Below, one piece after another: positions 1-11,400 of a DNA stretch of 64,000 nucleotides. Position numbers and translations under genes: made by a program. Position 1 is the stretch's first letter. Every line of letters begins with the position of its first letter. The stretch is from Paecilomyces variotii (lineage: Eukaryota): the NCBI GenBank assembly GCA_004022145.1, contig RCNU01000010.1; one strand, 5' to 3'. The notes under the pieces were generated by a model. That model ran no database searches and was not told where the DNA came from. It worked only from the letters and a program-made list of their open reading frames with translations.

Positions 1-551
1 CGCGTTCTAACTGGAATGGGTATTATGATTGCCTTTATTTCGACTCCAGTCTGGTTGCTGATCTATTTTTTTTTTTTTTTTTTCAGAGACCTAGCTGCAA
101 GATGGACTTTTATCGCGTTGAAATGAACAGATCGATAAATAATATAAATATACAGGGTATCTTGAATCTATGCAAATCCCTCGACTCCAACTGCTGTATC
201 TCAGCTGTCACTAGGTGTGACTTTATATAGTAACCACCGCTTAGATGTGGAGTGTAATCGACGATGCCCCAAAAGCTGCGACGACTCAGCTCATCAGATG
301 ACGAGACGTCTCTATAATTCTAGAGTAAACCGGCTTCGAACTGATCATCATGTTGACGACCTAGTCCGTGTTCTGTTCGCGCCATGGAGGCGCTTAAAGC
401 TCCACGAGTCCGTCCCCGGACCAGCTTCGCAGTTCTTTGATGAGGATACATACGTAGTTGATGCGGGCAGATGATCTACGGCTCCATGCAGGCAGGTCTC
501 TGCTCGATCGTGCTCGATCGGTTGATCGTCCCCGCTTGTGGACATGTTCGC

Positions 552-1754
552 TTAGAGACAGCGTACGCCAGGACCGACACTGCCTGTGTCAAACAGCTCG
601 ATCAGGCCAGCGCCTACGGCTTCCTCCAGTACCCAGTCAAAGTGCATGCCGTAGAGCTGCTTCCATTTCTTTGTCCGCCCCGGCAAGACGCCTGTCGACT
701 CTCCTCGTGCCCTCTTGGCCAGAGCAGATCGGGTGTCTGACTCGACCGCCCCATCCCAGCGGTCCCGGAGCAGATAGAGCGGCGTTTCGTGGAATTTGGA
801 CTTCTTCAGCAGATCCACCAGATGGGACCGTCCCTGGCCCAGAAGACGGAGATAGGTGCCTGTGTTTGGGAGGGAAAGGAACATGGTGGCGCTGCGAAAC
901 TGGCTGTCACTAGGCTGCGCTGCCTGGAGTGGCTGAGTGCCAGCATCACTTCGACTGGCGGAGGAAGCACCCAGCGACGCCGGCACCGCGGGCAGTGAAG
1001 CCACGTTCAACGATCCCTTGGCCAGTGAGGACGATGAGACGAGAAAGCCGGCGCGGACGAGAGCCATCGAATCACCAGATGAGAAGACGCCCGCTGGCAC
1101 TGCTGACGCCGTTCCCATGAGGCGCAAGAGGTCCAGGAACCTATCTGTATGCAAGTCAGCACAGTCTCCAGCGATGACACCGGACAAAGCAACCATACCT
1201 TTGAGGGACTGGTCCAGCACAGCACTACGCCTTACGAGCTCCTCCCAGTCCTCCGTCAAGACCAGACAGTCCCCCAGCCCCGCCGCATCACTTCCTCGTC
1301 CGGGGACGATCAGACGTCGAACCCGGCCTGCGTTGACCAGATCCACGATTTCTTTTTCCACCCTGGTGGGCGCATGCAGCAGCGTATGGACATGCGCCAC
1401 AGAAACCAGCGGTGGCAGCGACCGGCGCAGGTTGAGGACCTCTGCGATGCGCGTGCTGTTCATCCCCGCGCGCACTGGCAGCTCTTCGAACATGGTCTTG
1501 TGAATGTGCCTGATGGCATCTTCGACGCTCTCCACTCGCGCATTCTCCGGGATATATTGTGATAGTCCCTGGTCCGGGAGCTGTTCCTCGTCCTCAAACA
1601 TACCAGTGTCTCTGTCCACCTTGTCGCGCGCGGCAGGCCGCGAACCGGGCTTTTGGCGGGCATGCTTTGCAAAGGGAGAGTTGCGAGGGCGAGGCACGGA
1701 GGCCTTTGTCTTGCGGATACCGGCAGTCGGCGCGGAAGTGACACGGAGGGGCAT
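552..1754 (-). CDS. STK19-like (serine/threonine kinase 19 family, winged-helix) protein; one intron 1145-1198
   Basis: 400-aa ORF with motifs LPPLVSVAHVHTLL...PTRVEKEI and PGRTKKWKQLYGMHFDWVLEEAVGAGLIELFDTGSVG typical of fungal STK19 homologues. A 54-nt GTATGG..GCTGAC..TACAG intron is in frame and stop-free (spliced junction reads LK-D-RFL). Confidence 0.75.
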   Translation of the reverse strand: MPLRVTSAPTAGIRKTKASVPRPRNSPFAKHARQKPGSRPAARDKVDRDTGMFEDEEQLPDQGLSQYIPENARVESVEDAIRHIHKTMFEELPVRAGMNSTRIAEVLNLRRSLPPLVSVAHVHTLLHAPTRVEKEIVDLVNAGRVRRLIVPGRGSDAAGLGDCLVLTEDWEELVRRSAVLDQSLKGMVALSGVIAGDCADLHTDRFLDLLRLMGTASAVPAGVFSSGDSMALVRAGFLVSSSSLAKGSLNVASLPAVPASLGASSASRSDAGTQPLQAAQPSDSQFRSATMFLSLPNTGTYLRLLGQGRSHLVDLLKKSKFHETPLYLLRDRWDGAVESDTRSALAKRARGESTGVLPGRTKKWKQLYGMHFDWVLEEAVGAGLIELFDTGSVGPGVRCL

Positions 1755-2360
1755 CGCAGATCACAGTAGAATCAAGGATCGGAATCAGAACCAGAGAGAG
1801 CGAAATAACAAGAACAATAATGATAGACACTGTACACTCTCAGAGACGAGTCTGCAGGCTTCGATAAGAGATAAGTGCACGTGATCGGCGGCGACCCATC
1901 CATTGGCGGAAAGTTGCCCGATCGGGGATTCCGTGGTTGACATCAAGAGTTAGTTGATTGACTGAGACGAAGACAAAGACCAGGAGAGCCAAAGTGCTCC
2001 AGTGGCGATACAATACATGCTCTCAGAATAACAGCTCGTTCTGGCCCTTTTGTGCCCTGCTCGACTGCGCTGCAACGCTGTATATTTTGGTCGAGGGCGT
2101 CTTTTCACATGACGTAGTGATGAGAATCTGGATTTCTGCCCCGCCGCTTCTCTCTCTTCTCTTCTCTTCCTGCGGTTCTACTTAATCAATCCATAATCCC
2201 CCTTCCCATTCATTATATAGAACTCGACCATTTCGCCCTCGACGCTTTCCACAACGCGCTCAGACCCCTCTCTTGAGAGATCCTCTCTTTCGAGGCGCTG
2301 AGGTTGCAGCATTCTTTCGTGGTGATTCTCTTTCCAGCTGCACCCCTCACCGGCCACACC

Positions 2361-5255
2361 ATGACGGTTTTCATCGCGTCCCTGTAAGTGGTGTCCTGCG
2401 GCCAATCTCACAGCACATCCATCACCGTACTGACTGGATACGGTTCCTACCAGATTCCTGCCGTATACGGTCAATTTCCATCTGGACCAGGCTCGCAACC
2501 GGTCCGCGCGCTCGAGCCCCAAGTCGGCCCCGTTACAGGAATCCTCACCACAAGTGCCACAGCCCGCAAGCGCTGCGCTGAGTCTATTCGAGAACCGTGG
2601 TAATGTCGTTGCGAATCCGGGGTTGACCCCAGGAGCCACCACGGAGGACGAACGCATCTTCCTGGCAAACGCTGAGAAGGAACCATCTGCATATCCGTTC
2701 CCGAAAGACGCCAATGACCTGCACAGTCTCAGAGAAAGTGAGGCACACTCTCCCAAATGGGGTGCAACCACCACGTTCGTCCAGCCCAAGGCTCAACCGC
2801 CTCCGCCGCCCTCCCCTTCGATTCTGAAACACCAGGCTTCGGAGGCTGCGTCACAGCCGCCGCAGAAGGCGAAGAAGCAGGGCTCGGGTGTCGAGGCGCT
2901 CAAGGAAGAGGAGCGCGCAAACCGTCCCGGCCAGGGCCGTTCCATGTCCTTCTCGAAGGCAGACTGGACCGTCGAGCCAGCTGAACAGGGCAATGGAGGT
3001 CTGCGCAACGCCGTTCGATCCGCGACAGAGGCCGGATTCCTGGGGGAGAAGATATGGGTGGGGACCCTGGGCATGCCCACGGACGCGTTGAAAGAACACG
3101 TCAAAGCGGGCATTGCAGAGAAGATGGAGGACGAGCACGAGTCCTTGACGGTTTTTGTCAAGGATGGTGACTTTGACGGACACTACACCCACTTCTGCAA
3201 GACGATTCTGTGGCCCGTCTTCCACTATCAGATCCCGGACAATCCCAAGAGCAAGGCATACGAGGACCACTCGTGGATCTACTATGTCAAGGTCAACCAG
3301 GCGTTTGCAGAGCGGATCGCGAAGAACTGGAGGAAAGGAGACTCCATCTGGGTCCACGATTACCACCTGCTTCTCCTGCCGGCCATGCTCCGAAAACTGC
3401 TGCCGGACGCGAAGATTGGGTTCTTCCTCCACATTGCGTTCCCATCCTCCGAAGTCTTCCGCTGTCTAGCACCGCGAAAGGAATTGCTGGAGGGCATTCT
3501 GGGGGCCGACCTCGTCGGTTTCCAAACCGACGAGTACTGCCGCCACTTCCTCCAGACCTGCAGCAGGATTCTTTGCGTCGAAGCAACAAACGATGGCGTC
3601 CAGCTCGAAGACCGCTTTGTCGACGTGGGAACCTTCCCGATCGGTATTGATCCGACGTCGTGGGACGAGAGGCGCAAAGCGGACGATGTCCAGAAGTGGA
3701 TCAAGACCATCAGGGAGCGATATGGAAATAAACGCTTGATTGTCGGTCGTGACAAGCTGGACAATATCCGAGGTGTGAGACAGAAGCTTCTCAGTTACGA
3801 ACTCTTCCTCAACACATATCCAGAATGGAGGGATAAAGTAAGTTGGCTGTCATCGCTTCCTGCGCGATTTCGTGCTAACGTTAGAAGGTTGTTCTGGTAC
3901 AAGTCGCTACCACCACTACGGAACAGCCAGAGCTCGAGGCAACCCTATCTGACATTGCCATGCGGATCAACTCGACGCACTCAACTCTCGCCCACCAACC
4001 GCTGGTCTTCCTCAAGCAGGACCTTGCATTCGCTCAGTACCTGGCATTGATATCGATGGCCGATGCTCTTATGGTGACTAGTCTGCGCGAGGGCATGAAC
4101 TTGACCAGCCACGAATTTGTCTACTGCCAGGACGGGGACTACAACAGTAAGGCATATGGATCACTCATCCTGAGTGAGTTTACGGGCAGTGCAGCTTTGT
4201 TTGACGGCCACGCTCTTTTGGTCAACCCATGGGATTACCGCCAGTGCTCGGAGGCTATCCACACTGCACTCACGATGGGTGAAGAAGAGAAGAAGAAGGT
4301 GTGGACCGCGTTACATGAAGCCGTGATTCAGAACTCGACGGGCAATTGGGTCAAATCGTTCAGCGACACTCTGTCGAAGGCGTGGGACGAGCACTCGTCC
4401 CGCGAGACCATCGCAGTACCACGGCTGTCCGTGTCCAAACTGGAGGAGCACTACAAGCAGTCGAACCGCCGACTCATCATCGTCGATTACGAGGGAACAC
4501 TGGCTTCTTGGGGTTCGCCGAAGAGCATCATCTTGACTACGCCACAGCGCGCCATTACGACCCTGACCGACCTGACCGAAGACTCTAAGAATATCGTCTA
4601 CGTCATGAGCTCCAGAATGCCCGAAGAGATGGAGCGCCTCTTCAACCGTGTCTCAGGGCTTGGTCTTATCGCTGAAAATGGCTGCTTCCTACGCGAGCCT
4701 AATACGGATGCGTGGATTAGGCTCACCGATGCGAACCGTGTCAGAGCCTGGAAGGCAGGAGTATCTAGCATCCTCGACTACTTCCATGCACGGACCGAAG
4801 GCAGTTGGATCGAAGAGCGACACTGCTCGCTCGTCTTCCACTATGGGTCTGCAGATGACCAAGCGTCTGCTGCCCGTCAGGCATCCGAGTGTGCTGACCA
4901 CATCAACGATGCCTGTGAGAGTCAGCATGTCCACGCCGTGCCGGTCGACGGCGCGTTGGTGGTTGAGACGGTGGAGACCAACAAAGCATCAGCGGCGGAG
5001 ATGATCTGGCGATACTGCCTGGAGAGGGGAAAGAGGGACGGTCAGGATTACCGTCCAGACTTCCTCCTCGTCATCGGAGACTCGCGCGAAGACGAAGTGG
5101 TGTTCCGCTGGGCCAACAAGCTGGCTGGTGCCAAAGCGATCCCGCGTGTCATGACCGTCACCCTCGGATCGCGCAGCACGGAAGCCATGGCCACATTGAC
5201 ACAGGGCGTTACAGGTGTGCTCTCTTGCCTTCAGCGACTGGCGGCATCGGGTTAG
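2361..5255 (+). CDS. TPS3: Trehalose-phosphate synthase complex regulatory subunit (Tps3/Tsl1/TslA type; GT20 + HAD-like domain); exons 2361-2383, 2454-3837, 3888-5255
   Basis: Spliced N-terminus MTVFIASLFLPYTVNFH. GT20 motifs ILWPVFHY, WVHDYHLLLLP, GFFLHIAFPSSEVFRCL, REGMNLTSHEF. The HAD motif reads DYEGTL (DxE, not the DYDGTL of Tps2/OrlA), which points to the regulatory subunit. Canonical GTAAGT..AG introns join ORFs 2554-4050 and 3960-5255. Confidence 0.9.
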
Positions 5256-6272
5256 AGCTTCAAACGATGGCATAATATTATTTCGACTCCAGCATGCAAT
5301 TCGGTCACTCTTCTTTCCCTTGTCCCGGGGCAACGATGGGTTATTTGATATCTCGGGAGTTCTGATCGTGGTTGGGTCAACCTGGACGAAAATTCACGTT
5401 ACGAATGTATGTAGACGTACGAAAAGCGATTGCATTTTACGCACATAACCACAGCGAGGCAACGACGTTGTGTTAATCCTCCGATTCTGCGGCGGGCGTT
5501 ATTATCTGTGTAACTAGCAGGAATATCTCCATTCTTATGATAGAAACACGATTCTGCAACACTGCATCTTTATCAGTCGGATTTACCCATGATCGCAGTA
5601 ATAATAATAATGCATGTACTGAACTATATGATCTACTCTGCGTCTGGGCATTGTTTTAGCGGGGACGTCCGCCGATCTCGAGATGCCGCGGTCCAAGTCA
5701 ACAGCCTCGCGATCATAACTATCTATCAACTTCTACCATGTATCATCGTAAATAAAAAAACAACACTCTCTCGGAAGCCTTTGATGCGCTCTTTACCCTA
5801 TATCCATATGGTTCATTCCCCATAACTAGTTATCGGTATATTGCGTCACCTACCACTGCCGCTGTCTGTAGTCCGAATTATCCACATGCCGAGGTTAAAC
5901 TTGTCTTATCAGTAATCGATCAAGTTGTCAACTAATAATACCCAGAAACACTCGACTAGTATTCAACCTAACTACTTAACTACTAACAGGTACTTTTGTT
6001 CTTTTCACCGACATCTACCTTTATATTAGATTTTTACTGCTCAGTTCGAGCCTCGTTTTCCCCCTGAGCGAAGGTGGTGTACCCAACATACTGGGACGAC
6101 ATCGCCAACTGCGCGCGCAATCTGCTAGAGCGACCTGTTTTCTTTCGTACTGGAACAAAAATACCTTTTTCTTATCAAGATCTATAGATTCCGGGCTTTT
6201 TTTGCGGGAAATTGCATGCATATATATATATACATATACGGGCATAACTAGAGGATACACATCCAAACAACC

Positions 6273-7460
6273 ATGCCACTACCAGCTCACACGCAAGTCT
6301 TCGAGGACGCCATAACCATCACCCCGGTCTCGTCGCATGTCTACTCGGCCTATCTAAGGGATGAATGGTGCATTGGTGCAGGTATATCTATCTATCTATT
6401 TAGTTACCGTTCCCTGCTTCTTCCAGATCCTTGCCTAATCGAGGAAATACCTATCTCTCACCGAAACGAGTGGATGAGACTGACAAAGAAAACAGTCCCC
6501 CATGGCGGTTACACGACCAGCGTGTTGGCGAAACTGGCAAAGACGCACTTTGCGCACACACATCCCAATCTGTCGACCTCGCCTGCTACGCCGATTAGTA
6601 TCCAGCTTAGCTTTCTCCGGCGGACGGATGTCGGGCCTGCGCTGCTGACGGTGGAGGATATGAAGATTGGGGCTCGCACTAGTACGATTCATGTTCTGCT
6701 CAAGCAGCGATCCAAATCCAAATTCAAGAAGGAGGAGGGGGAGGAGGAGGTCAAAGTCGCAGGCTACATCACGCTCAGTCCGGCAGCTGCAGAAACAGGT
6801 ATCACTGCCCAAACGTCCTGGGCGCTTTATCCGCCGCCGCCTGGACCGGTGAATCTGCGCGCTCTAGCTTCCACCGGCCGTGACGGGGCTTGGGTCCGAA
6901 TTCCTGCGCCATTTGTGCAGTTTCGTCGCGCTGCAGCGAATGTCGAGTTCTACGGACCGGATCCAGCTCGTCTCGAGGCTGAGGCTGGTGATGGGCGAAG
7001 AGCAATTATGGTCGATCAATGGGCGCGATTTCGTCCTCTCGGACCAGACGGGAAACCACTCGAAGGCTGCTGGACGGACGATACGATCGGGTTCCTCGTC
7101 GACATGTTCCCCATGATGCTGGATGGGTTCGATGTCATCTCGTCGGCGGCGCAGGATCCCAATGCTGCGGCGCAGAAAGGGAACTCGCCCCGCGGAACGT
7201 TCTGGTATCCGACGGTTACGTTGAATGTAGATTACAAGAAGCGGTTACCTGTTGAAGGGGTCGAGTGGTTGTATAGTCGAGTTCAGACGAAGGCTGTCAA
7301 GGACGGCAGGACGGATATAGATGTCACGGTGCTGGATGAGAGCGGAGATATCGTGGCGTTGAGCACGCAGGTAGGATTGGTAGTCAGTGCCAGTCGGAAT
7401 TTAGCAGGACGAGATCTGAAGAAGGTCAAGGTGGATGCGCAGGGGAAGGCGAATTTGTGA
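6273..7460 (+). CDS. Double hot-dog thioesterase-like protein; intron 6382-6495; C-terminal KANL (PTS1-like)
   Basis: Spliced WCIGAVPHGGY motif; FWYPTVTLNVDYKKRLP..GVEWLYSRV..K.VKDGR.D.DV.VLDE.G.IVALS.Q typical of the fungal thioesterase-like superfamily. Confidence 0.85.
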   Translation: MPLPAHTQVFEDAITITPVSSHVYSAYLRDEWCIGAGISIYLFSYRSLLLPDPCLIEEIPISHRNEWMRLTKKTVPHGGYTTSVLAKLAKTHFAHTHPNLSTSPATPISIQLSFLRRTDVGPALLTVEDMKIGARTSTIHVLLKQRSKSKFKKEEGEEEVKVAGYITLSPAAAETGITAQTSWALYPPPPGPVNLRALASTGRDGAWVRIPAPFVQFRRAAANVEFYGPDPARLEAEAGDGRRAIMVDQWARFRPLGPDGKPLEGCWTDDTIGFLVDMFPMMLDGFDVISSAAQDPNAAAQKGNSPRGTFWYPTVTLNVDYKKRLPVEGVEWLYSRVQTKAVKDGRTDIDVTVLDESGDIVALSTQVGLVVSASRNLAGRDLKKVKVDAQGKANL

Positions 7461-7462
7461 TA

Positions 7463-7463
<1 letters not shown>

Positions 7464-7493
<30 letters not shown>
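7464..7493. repeat. (TA)n microsatellite, about 15 units, just after the thioesterase stop codon
   Basis: Directly visible tatatata... run. Confidence 0.95.
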
Positions 7494-7499
<6 letters not shown>

Positions 7500-7680
7500 G
7501 ATGCGTGTGTTTCCTGTCTATCTAAGAATATAGTTAATACATGTCTGTATATACATGCCAATGCCATAGTGGCTTCCAGGGAAGCGCCTTATATAAACCA
7601 CTCTACATGACCGTTTCTCTCTATCTATCCTCGATCATCAAAAAACTGCCATCTATCATCTTGCCGAGCAGCTCACTCAC

Positions 7681-8433
7681 TCACAACTTCCCCTTCGTCT
7701 GCAACCAGAAACCCAACGCCTCCGTCCTAACCGTCTTCCTCTTCACCCACTCCAACTGCCCAGCACCACTTCTCCCATTCTTCCCCTCCTCACCCTCTTC
7801 CTCCTGCACCAACTGCCCTCTCATCCAATACTTCCTCCCATCCCTCGCGACGCACCAGGCCTTCACGACCGCCAACCCAGGCACATACACCGGCCTCTTA
7901 TACCTCACATCCAACTGCATTGTATACAACGCTCCGCGCGCCTCGGCCTCATTCTCCGCATACGCAGGCACATGCAGCGCAACACACAGCGAGACAACCT
8001 CATCTAGAATCGTGGCCACCGCGCCCCCATGCGCCGTGGACGGATGACCACTGATCCCCGGATTCGACAGCATAAGCAACGAGATCATATCCGGCGGACG
8101 GGCGGGCGCACTAGGCGTGATCGGTCTGCCCTGCGCATCGAGGCGGATCTGGGGCGGATCCCGCGGCACAGAGGGGATGTCTTTGCGACGTAAGGTCAGG
8201 ACATGAGGGATGGTGGAGTCGGTTCCGAGCGTGTTGGCGAAGAAGGCGTCTTCGCCGCTTGGTTTGGCGGTTCGCGACCACGTGCGGATCGGAAAGTAGT
8301 CTGGGTTCGAGAGGAGGGAGTTGGACCAGGGATGGGCGCGGAAGGCGTCGAGAGTCGAGGCTGGTGGGTTGAAGGGTTGGGATATCGTTGCGCTGGGAGG
8401 GATGGCTGAGGGGGGGAGGTCGTCGGAGGACAT
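7681..8433 (-). CDS. PaaI/THEM4-like single hot-dog thioesterase; C-terminal GKL (PTS1-like)
   Basis: Intronless 250-aa ORF with GHPSTAHGGAVATILDE motif and YTMQLDVRYKRPV strand. Confidence 0.85.
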   Translation of the reverse strand: MSSDDLPPSAIPPSATISQPFNPPASTLDAFRAHPWSNSLLSNPDYFPIRTWSRTAKPSGEDAFFANTLGTDSTIPHVLTLRRKDIPSVPRDPPQIRLDAQGRPITPSAPARPPDMISLLMLSNPGISGHPSTAHGGAVATILDEVVSLCVALHVPAYAENEAEARGALYTMQLDVRYKRPVYVPGLAVVKAWCVARDGRKYWMRGQLVQEEEGEEGKNGRSGAGQLEWVKRKTVRTEALGFWLQTKGKL

Positions 8434-11400
8434 GGTGGATAATAATAATTAACCAGTGGTGTATCAATTTGAGAGAGAGGAGATGGTAGGTATAAGTATT
8501 TTTTTTAGAGTATGTATGTCCGATAGATAGATAAATAAATAGAACGGCGAATGAAATCAATCAGCTGGCTCCTCCGGTGGTAATCATGAGTGTGAAACGA
8601 ACAAGAGGTTTTTTTATTTTATCTTTAAGAAACATCATTTTAAGCACAGTACCTCGGCTCGTTCTTCTCGGACGGTTGGCATCCACTTTACTTTTAATCT
8701 ACTCCCGCCGTCCGCGAGTCTATATGAAATTAACTTAACAACAGAAAGGAATATCGAACTTTCGATGACTATGACAACACATACTTTGACTCCAAAACTT
8801 CCAACCGAGCATCTGCACTGCTTAGCAAGTCAGTTTAACTAACTAGTTAACTGGTACATAATAATAGCCAACTAATTGAAACGCGATCCGATGTTCGGAA
8901 GGATGGATCGGGCTTATCTAAGCTAGCTGCGTTACTTTGCATTTATTCGTATATATTTTATATCCACTAGAGGAGGATGAAGTACTGTATATAGAGCAGC
9001 TATAGTAGATAATATCCATTCCAGTGTATACTGGTCGAAACTGGAGTGAGGCAGGATTGATTAATATACTCTAAAACTATGTATATCTCTGCTACTAACT
9101 AATTATCCTCAGATATTTAGGGGCGATAATCTTAACATAATATATCTAGCACGAGAAATTCTGTATAATAGAGTTTATTCATTCGAGCTTCTATAAGAGA
9201 GTATAAATAATCGAGAGAGAGAGAGAGAGCTAAGACATGTCTGCATCACTAGAAACCACAGTAGTAAACATCAAAGAAACCAGCTATATACCCAGAACCA
9301 CACACTTAAGACAACATACCATATGTTAGATCCAGCTAGGACCAGACCTCTGAGGAGTTCTCCTTTTTGGTCGAGTCGTCTAGTCGACTTCCGATACCAT
9401 ATAAGAGAGAAAATTCGAAAAGCTCTACCATATAATATTATCCTACTATATACTAACTATACAAACATACAATAAAGGAAAGAAGTAACCATAAACCCTA
9501 TCCAATCTATATCTCCTAACAAACAAACCCAATCTAACAATTACCGAGAACATCTATATTCTTCATTTAGCTCATTTCCTCTAACGAAAACAGAGGCTGC
9601 GCCACATAACGCAATCTACTCCGTATGCAGGAGACTAACTCTGGTCTCAGGGTCGCTTCCCCCGTTTAATCCTGCGGTTATAGCCGCGATAGTAGTTAAC
9701 CAATAGTCTACCCTTGCGTTCCCTGAGACTGGTCCTAGTAGTTGGTTAGTGTATTAGTTGACTGATTAAGTCCCATAGACTTCTAGCGCTATCGTTGGTA
9801 AGCTACTTAGGATAGTTAATTAGTTAAGTACCAAGTTATGTAGGGGTTTACTACCTATATATAACTATAACTATGACTATAGGGCGTGCTACAAAGTAGG
9901 TAATTTAATTTAAACAAACAATCAAGCGATTCCACTGTCTCAGAACTGCGACTACTTACTACTTACTACTCCTATCTTTATTCAGGAACAGGACTCTGAA
10001 ACATGTTTCTCTTTCTCTCCTGTCTGTGAATCTGGTCTTGAAATACCCGCCCTTTCTCCACAGCATCCACTTAATCGCTGCATTATTTACTGTAGTATAA
10101 TATAAACACAACAATCTCACCGGCACCATCTACGAGACGGCTAGTACCGAGTCTAGAATGAATCAATGGAATGGAAATACTATAGTATTCGATTCTGTCT
10201 GATTCTTGGCAAACGTTGACTGACATCCGGTCTCACATTCCACGCGAGGAATTCTGCAACAGTTTGAAGTAAGGCGTCGAGAAAAGCGCATTGGGAAAAA
10301 GCAAAATATTATTGTACATACAGCACCTGAAAGCGGTTTGTTGACATCGTCTGTTGACATTGCAATACCATGATTGTTCGATTCCGATGGTTTGGATCTA
10401 GATACTCCGTTGCGCCTTTTTTTTTTTTATTCGGCACTTATTGGCACTGATACTTCTTGACTCTAATTTCCAGGTAGATTAAAGGGAAAGAATATTCGAT
10501 TTTGTTGAACCGAAGTGATATGTTAACCGAACTACAACTCCGACTAAGATGCGGTGGACAGGACTAATATTGCTCTGACGTCGTGGTGAAGACCAGGTTC
10601 TGTCCGTACTTCCGAGTAGCCGGTCGCCCTCTACGGAGTAGTCTGTGGGCCAGAAAAGGATTCCCGATTTCCCAGGGCCTAATGTTCGAGTCCGCGTGCT
10701 TGACTGGATGAATTATCGTCAATCTAGCCCAGACAGTAACAATAATAATAATTAACACTGCGACATTTTGCCAGGATCAGAAAAAGCGGCTCAGAGATCC
10801 GCGTGCTCGGTACCTCGCATAAACGGGATAATGGGTCTATGACTCTATCAGAACTTCGATTAACTACTAGTATCTCCGTACTCCGTAAATCTTCCAACCT
10901 CCACTTTGGCCGCGGCCTCGGCTCCAGCTGTTGCTAACTGTAGGGCTGCACGGTGAAAGCTGGTACGGCACATGCCGACCACTCGATGCCGCTCCACTGC
11001 AACCGACTCAGAAGGATGCTCGTCGTTCGTTCCTGATTTTGACAGACGAGAGAACCTTGAGGCCGTTATCCAGTTCACCGTTGAAGTATTGCATACGTGC
11101 GAGTAGATGTTGTCACAGAACATCACCTGTCGCGACCAATCGCCATGCGCCGTGACCACTCTATCCCAGACGATAATAACCCAGGTTTCATTAGCCAGGT
11201 CGCAGAGCAATGCTGGCCCCTGTCATATGATATCGAACGCTCAACCCCAGACGGACAAGGAACGAACTCTGGCCAGTGATGTGACGTCCGGTGTCGAAGC
11301 TTTTCTAGCTGACAGATGGTGTCTGTTTTGTCGCATCTCCGTCGACACGGGCCCCATCGAGTGGCATGGGCGCTTTCATACCGAGACTAGAGCAGGCTAC

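Noticed and set aside
2199-2347. Three CCCCT (STRE-like) motifs before TPS3
   Set aside because: They lie in a pyrimidine-rich probable 5'UTR where such 5-mers are expected by chance.
9721-9732. CTGAGA as a TPP riboswitch core
   Set aside because: The other conserved aptamer segments are absent and there is no thiamine gene nearby.
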